A stretch of DNA of 64,000 nucleotides from Verrucomicrobiales bacterium (GTDB taxonomy: Bacteria; Verrucomicrobiota; Verrucomicrobiia; Verrucomicrobiales; DEV007): assembly GCA_018058245.1 (NCBI GenBank), contig JAGPCC010000002.1:2643-66642 (forward strand), written 5' to 3'. The notes under the pieces were generated by a model. The model saw nothing but the letters and a program-made list of their open reading frames with translations, did not search any database and was not told the DNA's origin. Both the position numbers and the translations under genes were made by a program. Positions 10,019-19,156 of the stretch are shown one piece after another. The number at the start of each line of letters is the position of its first letter. The stretch's first letter is position 1.

Positions 10019-10876
10019 TCACGCAACGGCAAAAGCAGCGGCGGCGATCAGCTCCTGCTCCGATTCGCAGGATTCGCCCCATTCTACATCAGTAGCGAGA
10101 TCCGCTTCGTTGAGGCCGATGCGATTCATGAACTCTCGGTATTCCACCAATTCAAATTTGCCGGACTCGTGCTCGACAATGGCGGTCAATGACTCGACCC
10201 AGTCCCCGGAATTGAGATAATGAACACCACCCTTGAGCATCTTGTCTGCGGGCGTGTGGATGTGCCCACAGACGATGCCGGAGCAATTGCGCAGCTTAGC
10301 CAGCTCGGTCAACTGCTCCTCATAGCGGCCTACAAAATTAACGGCTGATTTGACGCGGGCTTTGATTTCTTTACTGAGCGAAAAGTAAGGTTTTCCACGC
10401 CACGAGCGCCATTGGTTGTAGAGCCGATTGACCTTCAAAAGGGCATGATATCCGACTGCTCCGAGCATGGCGATCCACCTCGAGTGGGTCGTCACTGAAT
10501 CGAAGCCGTCCCCGTGAACCATGAGGTAGTCCCCCCGAGGGGTGGAGTGGATATATTCACTTTCGATCTTCAATCCACCGAAATTGATCGGTAAAAACCG
10601 GTCAAGAATGTCATCGTGATTGCCGCGCAAATAGATTACTTCCGTTCCCTGCCTCTCCATTTTCTTGAGAATGACGCGGATGAACCGAGTATGCTCAGGA
10701 AGCCACTTTCCGCCGCTGCGAAGGGCCCAGCCGTCGATAATGTCGCCGTTGAGGATCAGTCTCTTGCAGCGTGTGGCGCGTAAGAATTGGATCACCTCGT
10801 TCGCTTTGGAATCCTTCGTTCCGAGATGCACGTCGGAAATAATGATGCTGTGAAACATCGGCTTTTTCGTTTTCAT
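10019..10876 (-). CDS. plcP: PlcP-like metallophosphoesterase (usually annotated UDP-2,3-diacylglucosamine diphosphatase)
   Basis: ISDVHLG, GDIIDGW, GNHD, HGD, CGHIH, YLNSGDWVES motifs; coupled to a GT4 gene and next to pho genes. Confidence 0.7.
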   Translation of the reverse strand: MKTKKPMFHSIIISDVHLGTKDSKANEVIQFLRATRCKRLILNGDIIDGWALRSGGKWLPEHTRFIRVILKKMERQGTEVIYLRGNHDDILDRFLPINFGGLKIESEYIHSTPRGDYLMVHGDGFDSVTTHSRWIAMLGAVGYHALLKVNRLYNQWRSWRGKPYFSLSKEIKARVKSAVNFVGRYEEQLTELAKLRNCSGIVCGHIHTPADKMLKGGVHYLNSGDWVESLTAIVEHESGKFELVEYREFMNRIGLNEADLATDVEWGESCESEQELIAAAAFAVA

Positions 10877-12060
10877 GGCAAAGAATCGGATGGCTGGTCG
10901 CGCAATCGTGGCGTTACATCGGTCGGCAGTTCGAAACCTGTGATGTCGTGGCCGTCACGTTCGATCATTTCGACCAATTGTTTCTGAAATCGCTTCACCA
11001 CCTTCTTCCAGCGCACTTTGCGAGCGCTGCTGCGAGCGGCTTCACGGACGTTCGCTAGGTTAGGATCGCGAGTCATTTCGATCGCTTTTTCCAGATAGGC
11101 CCGAGAATCGTCGAAGGGCGCGACGTAACCGTTCTGGCCATCACGAATGTGTTGCTTGGCAGCAGCGTAGTCGTAGGCAAGAACCGCAAGTCCACTGGCC
11201 ATCGCTTCCAGAGTGACGTTGCCGAAGGTTTCGGTGATACTGGGAAACACGAACAAGTCAGCCGAGGCGTAGTGCGTGGCCAACTCTTCTCCGTGCAAAA
11301 CTCCGGGGTAGATGAACTCGGGGTGTTGGACCTTGAGTTCGTTTAACTTCGGACCGTCGCCGACAAACACCCCTTTGAAATCGGGAAAACGCGCGGCGAT
11401 CTCTGAAAAAGTCCGAACAATAAGGTCGAGGTTCTTTTCTGCAGCGATTCTGCCAACATAGAGTCCGACTATACTATTGTTGCCAGCACCCCATTGGGTG
11501 CGAAGCAAAACGCTGCGCTTCTTTGGGTTAAACTGACGAGTGTCGACACCTTTCGGCAACAGGTAAAGATTTTCGAAACCTTTACCTTTCAAGTCGTCGA
11601 TCGTGTCGCGCGACGGAACAAAAGTGGAGCTCGATCGATTGTGAAGTCGGCGTAGATAGGAGATCGCGGCACTCTCGAGCAGAGGCATTTGGTAGTGCGC
11701 GAGGTATTGCTGAAAATTCGTGTGAAAGCCGGAGGCGACTGGAATGCCAATCGCTCGAGCGGCAGTGATCGCCGATGCACCAAGTGGCGTCTCGGTGGCG
11801 ACATAGATGACGTCCGGGCGGCTTCGATACCAACGTGCTTGCAGTCGAAGGCGCATCGGCAACCCAACGCGGACACCGTAGTAACCGGGCAGGGATACCG
11901 ACGGGACACCAATGCCTTCCTCGTTGCATTCCAGGACAGCGGGTCTTATGACATCAACGGAGTGACCTAGTTGGCGCAGTCCAGTGACCAATCGATACAT
12001 GGTCGTAGCGACTCCGTTCGGTTGGGGAATATAGGTGTCGGTGACGAAGGTGATTTTCAT
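10873..12060 (-). CDS. GT4-family glycosyltransferase, Agt/MgtA-like diacylglycerol glycosyltransferase
   Basis: MKITFVTDTYIPQPNGV, YVATETPLG, FHTNFQQY, ETFGNVTLEAMASG; overlaps the phosphoesterase start by 4 bp. Confidence 0.85.
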   Translation of the reverse strand: MKITFVTDTYIPQPNGVATTMYRLVTGLRQLGHSVDVIRPAVLECNEEGIGVPSVSLPGYYGVRVGLPMRLRLQARWYRSRPDVIYVATETPLGASAITAARAIGIPVASGFHTNFQQYLAHYQMPLLESAAISYLRRLHNRSSSTFVPSRDTIDDLKGKGFENLYLLPKGVDTRQFNPKKRSVLLRTQWGAGNNSIVGLYVGRIAAEKNLDLIVRTFSEIAARFPDFKGVFVGDGPKLNELKVQHPEFIYPGVLHGEELATHYASADLFVFPSITETFGNVTLEAMASGLAVLAYDYAAAKQHIRDGQNGYVAPFDDSRAYLEKAIEMTRDPNLANVREAARSSARKVRWKKVVKRFQKQLVEMIERDGHDITGFELPTDVTPRLRDQPSDSLP

Positions 12061-12110
12061 TGTTGAATGGAACGCTCTGCGGTTGTCAGCAAGTTCGCAA
12101 ACGAGGCCAT

Positions 12111-12128
12111 GTTCCGTTTTCGTCACAC
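12111..12128 (-). promoter_or_regulatory. Degenerate copy of the 18-bp Pho-box-like motif upstream of the GT4 gene
   Basis: Minus strand GTGTGACGAAAACGGAAC, 13/18 match to the phoB copy, about 50 bp upstream of the ATG at 12060. Confidence 0.35.
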
Positions 12129-12237
12129 GCCGACCATGGTTTTGTAGCGGCACTACAGAAGGGCCGAGTCACTCAACTCAGACCTTTTAGTAAAGATTCT
12201 GCAAACATGAAACGGATCTGACTATTTTATAACCGGC

Positions 12238-13638
12238 TCAAAAATCGCGATGATCACAGAACGCCGACAGAAAACACGTAATAAACCCGGTCGCAAAATC
12301 CTGCGGACGCGTTTCGATCCACTGTTCGATGAAGTCCGGCGCGAACCATCTTCCGCTATCGACTTCTTTTCCGTGCACTCGAATCTTCCCTTTGGCTTCG
12401 GCGAGAAACACTTCGATAAATTCCTGGTCAGTCGCTTCCGAGGCATCGAGACGGGCGATCCGAATGAGTTCACCTTTGGGTTGAACCCAAACCTCCTCCC
12501 ACAATTCCCGTTCCGCGCAGGCAGGATAACTCTCCCCGGGATCAACGTGCCCCGAGGCACTGCTGTCCCACTTGCAAGGATGAGTGTCCTTGAGGTGAGA
12601 CCGCAGTTGTAGATAGATCTCTCCGAGTTTGTTTTGGAGAAAAACATGCACGGCGCGATGCAGCAGTTTGCGATCATGAATTTCCCGACGCGGAAGAGAT
12701 TCGATGACCTCATCGTTCTCGTTGACAACATCCATCAATTCCATCGCCGAGGGTGGGAGTCCACTACAGGGATGTGGCTCGACGAGGTTGGAGAGATTGA
12801 TCCAATCTTTTAACGACAATTCCTCGGCTCGAACGCTCGACTTGAAACCGAGAGGGCCAAAAACTTCCGCCTGCCTCGCCGCATCGAGCTGGAGATTATT
12901 GTGAAGTTGTTTTCTCCGCTGGGAGAACCCTTGCTTTACAACACTTCGAAAAATCTCGGGGGAATGCAAGGGAAGTTCCTCAACGGGCCGGGGATCAAAA
13001 CGCAGGATAGTGGAGTCCACTGCGGGACGGGGATGAAAGGGTTCGGGGCCGACCGTGCGCAGAGCCGTGGTCCGCCAGCGCTCCTGGAGCATGAGGCTGA
13101 GAATGCCGTAGTTTTTGGTTTTTGGAACGGCGATAAACCGGTCCCCAACTTCCTTTTGCACCATAATGATGGCACTGCTGACGGGGCTAGGCGCATCAAG
13201 AAACCGACTCAAAATCGTGTTACCGACGGAATACGGGAGATTGCCGATGAATTTTACACTGCCTTCCAGGAAGAGGGGGCGAACGTCATACTCGGTCGCA
13301 TCTCCATGGATCACTTCGGCACCCTGTGGACCGTATTTTTCTTCGAGAAATCGAGCCAGCCTCCCGTCCGCTTCGATCAAGATCAGTCTCCGGCATTTCC
13401 CGACGAGGTGCTGCGTAAGTGCTCCAAATCCAGGACCCACCTCGACAACGCAATCGTCCGATTTCACCTGAAGTTGCGCTGCGATCCAACCGGAAATCGA
13501 ATCATCCACCAGAAAGCTCTGCCCCAGCTTGCGACTGGGAGTAATATCGAGACGTTTGAGCCAAGTTTGAAGATCGGAAAGGTTCACTCGTGGAACATGG
13601 CGGTTTTCCCGACGGAATCCAGCCAGAGTTTCCGTCAC
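12238..13638 (-). CDS. rsmA: 16S rRNA m6,2A dimethyltransferase RsmA/KsgA fused to a C-terminal NUDIX domain
   Basis: LGQSFL, VEVGPGFGALT, GNLPYSV and F-x-QRRKQLHNNL for RsmA; then LLHRAVHVF and the intact Nudix box GHVDPGE-SYPACAE-RELWEEV. Confidence 0.9.
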   Translation of the reverse strand: MTETLAGFRRENRHVPRVNLSDLQTWLKRLDITPSRKLGQSFLVDDSISGWIAAQLQVKSDDCVVEVGPGFGALTQHLVGKCRRLILIEADGRLARFLEEKYGPQGAEVIHGDATEYDVRPLFLEGSVKFIGNLPYSVGNTILSRFLDAPSPVSSAIIMVQKEVGDRFIAVPKTKNYGILSLMLQERWRTTALRTVGPEPFHPRPAVDSTILRFDPRPVEELPLHSPEIFRSVVKQGFSQRRKQLHNNLQLDAARQAEVFGPLGFKSSVRAEELSLKDWINLSNLVEPHPCSGLPPSAMELMDVVNENDEVIESLPRREIHDRKLLHRAVHVFLQNKLGEIYLQLRSHLKDTHPCKWDSSASGHVDPGESYPACAERELWEEVWVQPKGELIRIARLDASEATDQEFIEVFLAEAKGKIRVHGKEVDSGRWFAPDFIEQWIETRPQDFATGFITCFLSAFCDHRDF

Positions 13639-13655
13639 CCCGTCACCCCGTCAAC
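13632..13655. repeat. 8-bp tandem repeat (CCGTCACC)x3 spanning the bcp stop codon
   Basis: CCGTCACC CCGTCACC CCGTCAAC read directly. Confidence 0.7.
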
Positions 13656-14122
13656 CCCTCCAAAATGAGATCGACGTGGTCGGCAGGCTTCACTTTGGTG
13701 AAAACTGCGGTGACGACGCCTTTTTCGTCGATGACAAAGGTGGTTCGCTCGGTTCCCATGTAGGTCTTCCCATACATCTGCTTCTCGACCCAGACTCCGT
13801 AGGCTTCCACCAGGGCCTTCTCTTCATCACTGATCAGAGGAAAGGGCAGTTCGTATTTCGAGATGAATTTCCCGTGTTTTTTGACTGAATCAATGCTCAC
13901 ACCGAAAACTTTTGCCTTCGCAGAGAGCTCCCCCCAGGTGTCTCGAATCCCACAGGCCTGAGTCGTGCAACCGGGGGTGTCGTCTTTGGGATAAAAATAC
14001 AGTACCACTTTCGATCCGCGCAGGGAGGAAAGACTCACGGTGGCGTTGTCGCCGTATTCCCCGCCGACTACCGGAAGGTCGAATTCGGGAGCTTTCTCTC
14101 CCGGTTGAGGTTGCGCTGGCAT
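13643..14122 (-). CDS. bcp: Thioredoxin-dependent thiol peroxidase (BCP peroxiredoxin)
   Basis: YFYPKDDTPGCTTQAC motif and ERTTFVID; probable start MPAQPQ at 14122. Confidence 0.93.
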   Translation of the reverse strand: MPAQPQPGEKAPEFDLPVVGGEYGDNATVSLSSLRGSKVVLYFYPKDDTPGCTTQACGIRDTWGELSAKAKVFGVSIDSVKKHGKFISKYELPFPLISDEEKALVEAYGVWVEKQMYGKTYMGTERTTFVIDEKGVVTAVFTKVKPADHVDLILEGLTG

Positions 14123-14129
14123 AAATAAA

Positions 14130-14981
14130 TCAGATATCGTATCCACACATTTTACAAAAACCTGCCTTGGGATCATGTCCTTGATGTCCACATTCGGGAC
14201 AGGTGCGGCTGTCGAGTCTCACGTTTGCAAGACTCAGATTGAGCTCGGCTGTGACGATTCCGGTCGGCACGGCGAGCGTCCCGTAGCCGATCAGCATGAT
14301 CAAAGTCGCGATAAATTTTCCCGCCACCGTGACCGGAGTGATGTCACCATAACCCACCGTCGAGATCGTCACGATCGCCCAGTAGATCGACTGAGGGACG
14401 CTGTTGAAGCCCGGATTATCGGCGATGATTCCCTCGACGATGTACATTGCAGTCCCCAAAATGGTCGTGATCGCCACGACCACAAAGAGGAATACCGTGA
14501 TCTTTGCGAAGCTCGCCTTGAAGGCGTTCATGATCAAATTTGCCTCGCCAAGATGACGCGCCATTTTGAGTATCCGGAAGATGCGGAGCAACCGAAGAAT
14601 GCGGATGACAAGGAGCAATTGGGATCCAGCAATCAGAAGCGTCAGGTAGGTCGGAATGATCGAGAGGATATCGATGATCCCAAAAAAGCTAAAAATGTAG
14701 TCCTTCTTCTTTCGGACAGTCCAGACGCGAACGGCATATTCGATCGTAAATAGGATCGTGAAGAACCACTCGAGCTTTTGGAAAATCCATTTGTTCTTTG
14801 CTGCGAGATCAGGGACGCTCTCCAGCATCACCACAAGCACGCTGATGGCGATGAGCCAGAGCAGAACGATATCAAAAGCCCGGCCCGCTTTCGTGTCTGA
14901 CAGGAAAATGACACGCCAAAGTCGATCTCGAAAGGAACTCCCGAGATGGTTCTGCGCGTGTCTACTGTGATCGTCGAACAT
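14130..14981 (-). CDS. Potassium-channel-type ion transporter with C-terminal zinc ribbon
   Basis: S4-like RILRLLRIFRILK, TVGYGD selectivity filter, CPECG...FCKMCG tail. Confidence 0.9.
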   Translation of the reverse strand: MFDDHSRHAQNHLGSSFRDRLWRVIFLSDTKAGRAFDIVLLWLIAISVLVVMLESVPDLAAKNKWIFQKLEWFFTILFTIEYAVRVWTVRKKKDYIFSFFGIIDILSIIPTYLTLLIAGSQLLLVIRILRLLRIFRILKMARHLGEANLIMNAFKASFAKITVFLFVVVAITTILGTAMYIVEGIIADNPGFNSVPQSIYWAIVTISTVGYGDITPVTVAGKFIATLIMLIGYGTLAVPTGIVTAELNLSLANVRLDSRTCPECGHQGHDPKAGFCKMCGYDI

Positions 14982-15146
14982 GACTTTCCGATAAAAGCAC
15001 TGCGAAGAGGCGTGTTGTCAAGGCGGGAAAACGGTCATCGAGAGGGAAGGAAAAAGCTTTTGCAGACCCCTCACAGGGGCAATTTTCACCTTTCCTCGAC
15101 CGCTCCCCGCCCCTATCATTCCTCACTTCAACTGCCCTCGACTGAT

Positions 15147-16169
15147 ATGCCCGATCCCACTGCCACCTCTCCGGAACTGCAAGAAGATGACGTAGCCGCC
15201 ATCGACCATCTCCGGCGAACCTATGAAGAACTGAAAAGCGAACTGGCAAAAGTCATTGTCGGGCAGGACGCCGTCATCGAGCAACTTGCAATCTGCCTCT
15301 TCGCGCGCGGCCATGCGCTCCTTATGGGTGTTCCCGGTCTCGCCAAGACGCTCCTCGTCTCCCGCCTGGCCGAAACGATGTCGCTCAGTTTCAGTCGCAT
15401 CCAATTTACCCCGGATCTGATGCCGATGGATATCACTGGAACGGAGATCCTGCAAGACGACGGCAGCGGGCGGAGGGAATTCGAATTTGCGAGAGGGCCG
15501 GTCTTTGCGAACATCGTGCTCGCCGACGAGATCAACCGGGCGCCATCGAAAACGCAGGCCGCAATGCTCGAGGCGATGCAAGAACACAAAGTCACCGTGG
15601 CCGGAGAGAGCATGGAACTGCACCCGCCCTTTTTTGTCCTCGCAACGCAGAACCCGATCGAACAGGAAGGCACCTACCCACTCCCGGAGGCACAACTCGA
15701 CCGGTTCATGTTCATGATTGGCGTTGATTACCCTTCTCGGGACGAGGAGATCTCCATTGCGCGCACCACGACCGGCGAAGCCTTTCCTCGACTCACCGCT
15801 CTGCTCGACGCGGAAAAAGTGATCCGTTTTCAGCAACTTGTTCGGCGTATGCCCGTGCCCGATCATATTTACCATTTTGCGGTCGATCTCGTGCGGCGGA
15901 CACGACCAGAGTCCAGCGAGTCTCCCGAATGGCTAAAGCCGCTCGTCGGCTGGGGAGCCGGTCCCCGTGCGGTGCAGTATCTCATCCTCGGAGCTCGCGC
16001 ACGCGCGGCACTTCGTGGGAGCTATATGGTCCGTCAGGAAGATCTCGTGGCGGTGGCGGAACCGGTCCTGCGGCACCGCATCATCAAGACATTCACGGCG
16101 GAATCCGAGGGAGTCACCTCTCGTTCGATCATTGCCCGGCTCATTGAGGAGTTAAACCGCGAAGCGTAA
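15147..16169 (+). CDS. MoxR-family AAA+ ATPase
   Basis: GVPGLAKT, RIQFTPDLMP, DEINRA, ATQNPIEQEGTYPLPEAQLDRF; probable start MPDPTAT at 15147. Confidence 0.95.
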   Translation: MPDPTATSPELQEDDVAAIDHLRRTYEELKSELAKVIVGQDAVIEQLAICLFARGHALLMGVPGLAKTLLVSRLAETMSLSFSRIQFTPDLMPMDITGTEILQDDGSGRREFEFARGPVFANIVLADEINRAPSKTQAAMLEAMQEHKVTVAGESMELHPPFFVLATQNPIEQEGTYPLPEAQLDRFMFMIGVDYPSRDEEISIARTTTGEAFPRLTALLDAEKVIRFQQLVRRMPVPDHIYHFAVDLVRRTRPESSESPEWLKPLVGWGAGPRAVQYLILGARARAALRGSYMVRQEDLVAVAEPVLRHRIIKTFTAESEGVTSRSIIARLIEELNREA

Positions 16170-16181
16170 CCAGGAATCCTC

Positions 16182-17096
16182 GTGCCAGAACCCCACCAGC
16201 GCGATTTCCTTGATCCGGCAGTCCTCGGGAAGCTCCTCGGGCTCTCGCTCAATGCCCGTACCCCGATGTTGGGGAATGTGTCAGGGCGTCACCGCAGCCC
16301 CATCCGGGGTTCGGCGATCGAATTTGCGCAGTACCGGAAATATGTGCCCGGCGACGACACTCGCCGCCTCGACTGGCGCACCTGGGGCAGAACCGATCGC
16401 TATTATATCAAGGAGTTCGAAGCCGACACCAACCTGCGGCTCTGCCTCATCATCGACACGAGCGGCTCGATGGGATACGGAGATCCCGGATCGACTCGTC
16501 TCGACTACGCCCGCCGCCTCGGTGGTACTCTCGCTTACCTCGCCGGGCAGCAGGGCGACGCCGTCGGTCTCTACAGCGCCTCCGTTGGGTTCCAGAGAGA
16601 GACCCCTCCTCGCCGTGGCCCGCACCATCTTGGCCTCGTTCTTGATCAGATCGGTGGCCTCAAGGCCGAGGGTGAGACGGGTCTCGTCCGTGCGATACAC
16701 GAAGCAGCGGAAAAAATCTCGCAACGCGCCCTCGTGGTGATTCTCTCAGACTTTCTCTTTCCCCCGGAACCCCTTCGCGAAGCGTTCCAACATCTCCGAT
16801 TCCGCAAACACGATGTCTCGGTCTATCACCTCCTCGACCGGCAGGAAATTGATTTTCATTTTGATCGCCCCACCCGATTTCTCGATCTCGAGGGCGGTGA
16901 CTCCATCCTCGCCGATCCCACACTAATCCAGCGTCGCTACCGAGAAGCCGTAGGTCAGTACCTCGCGACGATGGACGATATCGTGAACCACTCGGCGGTC
17001 GACTACCATCGAACCTTTTTGGACGAGCCCTACGATCAAGTCCTCGCCCGCTTTCTCATGGGGCGGAATCCCAAAACGGCCCGCACCGCAAGATGA
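16182..17096 (+). CDS. DUF58 domain protein
   Basis: EFAQYRKYVPGDDTRRLDW, IDTSGSM, VILSDF; follows MoxR. Confidence 0.92.
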   Translation: MPEPHQRDFLDPAVLGKLLGLSLNARTPMLGNVSGRHRSPIRGSAIEFAQYRKYVPGDDTRRLDWRTWGRTDRYYIKEFEADTNLRLCLIIDTSGSMGYGDPGSTRLDYARRLGGTLAYLAGQQGDAVGLYSASVGFQRETPPRRGPHHLGLVLDQIGGLKAEGETGLVRAIHEAAEKISQRALVVILSDFLFPPEPLREAFQHLRFRKHDVSVYHLLDRQEIDFHFDRPTRFLDLEGGDSILADPTLIQRRYREAVGQYLATMDDIVNHSAVDYHRTFLDEPYDQVLARFLMGRNPKTARTAR

Positions 17097-19141
17097 GTTT
17101 TCTGCAACCCATCCTCCTGATCGGTCTGCCGCTCGCTCTGCTGCCAGTCATCATTCACCTGATCAATCAGCATCGGCACCGCACCGTGCGATGGGCGGCG
17201 ATGATGTTTTTGCTAGACGCCAAAAAGATGACCAAGGGGCTCGCGCGTTTGCGCCAGATCCTCATCCTCGCGATGCGGGTGCTCGCCGTGGCAGCCCTTG
17301 TTTTTGCGGCGAGCCGACCTCTCGCCGGTGGCTGGGCGGGATTCGGCGGAGGCAAAGCCGACACCATCCTAGTACTCCTCGATCGCTCCTCCAGCATGGA
17401 GCAGCGGAATCTGGAGACCGGCGATTCCAAACGATCCACCGCGCTCAGCCGCATTGCCGAGCTAATCGGAAAGACTGGAAGTGGGAGCGAGATCATCCTC
17501 ATCGACAGTGCGACCCTGACACCGACCCCTCTAGGCAATGCGGCAGCACTCCTCGATCTCCCTGCGACTGCAGCGACCGCAACCGCGTCGGACATTCCCA
17601 CCATGTTGCAAATCGCAGTTGATTTCCTCGCGACGAGTGAAAGCGGACGCACCGATATTTGGTTGGCTTCCGATCTCCGCCAGGGAAGCTGGAATCCCGG
17701 CTCGGGGCAATGGGAAACACTCCGCTCTGATCTCGCCGCGAGGGAGACCGTGAGACTCTTTCTTTTAAATTTTCCCGCTGCCGAATCTTCCAATACTTCT
17801 GTCTCGGTAAGCGGTGTAAAACGACAAAAAGGCCCCGATGGGATGCGGCTCCTCATGGACTTGAAATTCCGGAGGCAAGGTCCGCGAGTCGAGACGGACC
17901 GACAGATGATCCCGGTGGAGTTCACCCTCAACGGAACCCGTACGGTGGAGACTTTCGAAATCAACGGACCGGAAATGTCGAGGCTAGGTCATTCGCTACC
18001 ACTCGGCTCGGGAAACGAACGGGGTTGGGGCCGCATAGATCTCCCTGCGGATGAAAATCCCTCCGACAATCATGCCTTTTTTGTCTTTGATGAACCGGCT
18101 GTCCGGAAAACTGTCATCGTCAGCGACGACGCCGCCACGGCTGGCGCGATCCGCACCGCCGCTCAATCTGGACCGGATTCGGGAGTGAAATACGAAACTG
18201 AAATTTTTGCTCCGGCAAACACCGCCGGCATCCCCTGGGAAGAGACCGCGCTTCTTTTTTGGCAGGCCGCACTCCCGGCTCCTGACACGACACTCTATAC
18301 ACTCCTCAGACAGCACGTGCAGTCCGGGAGAGAACTGATTCTCCTGCCTCCGCCGGGCGACGGCGGTTCCGAGTTTTTTGGAGTGAAATGGGGCGACTGG
18401 AGCGCTGGAGGAGACGCCCCCCTACCGGTCAAATGGTGGAGAACCGAGTCCGGACTCCTCGGCAACATCCGCAGCGGAGACCCTTTGCCCGTTTCAGATC
18501 TCGCGATTTTCCGAACGAGGATATTCACCGGAGAAACGCAATCTCTCCTGAAATTGGAGAACGAAGTATCCGTCATCGCTCGAATCCTCACCGATCCCGT
18601 AGAGAATGAGTCAGATGCAACATCTTCGTTTTATACCTGGGGAACACTCCCCAAGAGCGATCATTCCAACCTCGCGACCGAGGGAATTGTCTTTTTTGTG
18701 ATGATCCATCGAGCACTCGAGGAGGGAGCGAATGCGGTCTCGAGCGCACGGTTTCTCGACGCGGGACGAAATGCGCTCTCCGGCTTCCCCGAAATCAAGC
18801 CACTCTCCCTGGCCGAAGAAAGAGACGACCTGCTCGAGCCCGGACTCGCGGCTGGTGCCTATGAATCCACGGATCCCGGAGGGAGAAAACGACTCGTCGC
18901 GCTGAACCGACCAAACCTCGAAGACGATACCCGCCTCCTCGATCCGCAAGCCGTCGAAACGCTCCTCGCCGGGATCGACTTTCGCCAGATCAACGACGAA
19001 GTGGGCAGCGGGGCCTCTCTCGCTGCCGAAGCCTGGCGGACCTTCCTCATCGTCATGGCCTTGGCGCTCATCATCGAAGCCGCTTTGTGTCTCCCGCCGA
19101 AACCGGACGGGCAACGGAACCCTATCAGGTCGACGACCTAA
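17093..19141 (+). CDS. BatA N-terminal double-TM / VWA-like domain membrane protein
   Basis: LPVIIHLIN...W-x-AMMFL BatA motif, LLDRSSSM MIDAS-like motif, C-terminal TM. Confidence 0.82.
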   Translation: MSFLQPILLIGLPLALLPVIIHLINQHRHRTVRWAAMMFLLDAKKMTKGLARLRQILILAMRVLAVAALVFAASRPLAGGWAGFGGGKADTILVLLDRSSSMEQRNLETGDSKRSTALSRIAELIGKTGSGSEIILIDSATLTPTPLGNAAALLDLPATAATATASDIPTMLQIAVDFLATSESGRTDIWLASDLRQGSWNPGSGQWETLRSDLAARETVRLFLLNFPAAESSNTSVSVSGVKRQKGPDGMRLLMDLKFRRQGPRVETDRQMIPVEFTLNGTRTVETFEINGPEMSRLGHSLPLGSGNERGWGRIDLPADENPSDNHAFFVFDEPAVRKTVIVSDDAATAGAIRTAAQSGPDSGVKYETEIFAPANTAGIPWEETALLFWQAALPAPDTTLYTLLRQHVQSGRELILLPPPGDGGSEFFGVKWGDWSAGGDAPLPVKWWRTESGLLGNIRSGDPLPVSDLAIFRTRIFTGETQSLLKLENEVSVIARILTDPVENESDATSSFYTWGTLPKSDHSNLATEGIVFFVMIHRALEEGANAVSSARFLDAGRNALSGFPEIKPLSLAEERDDLLEPGLAAGAYESTDPGGRKRLVALNRPNLEDDTRLLDPQAVETLLAGIDFRQINDEVGSGASLAAEAWRTFLIVMALALIIEAALCLPPKPDGQRNPIRSTT

Positions 19142-19156
19142 CCCTGTTTCTTTCCA

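Noticed and set aside
10019-10876. Lipid A enzyme LpxH
   Set aside because: Motif spacing (GDIIDGW, YLNSGDWVES) and coupling to an Agt-like GT4 beside pho genes fit PlcP better; needs phylogeny to settle.
12238-12780. Type 1 isopentenyl-diphosphate isomerase activity for the NUDIX domain
   Set aside because: The catalytic Cys of the IDI W-T-N-x-C-C-S-H motif is replaced (WDSSASGH).
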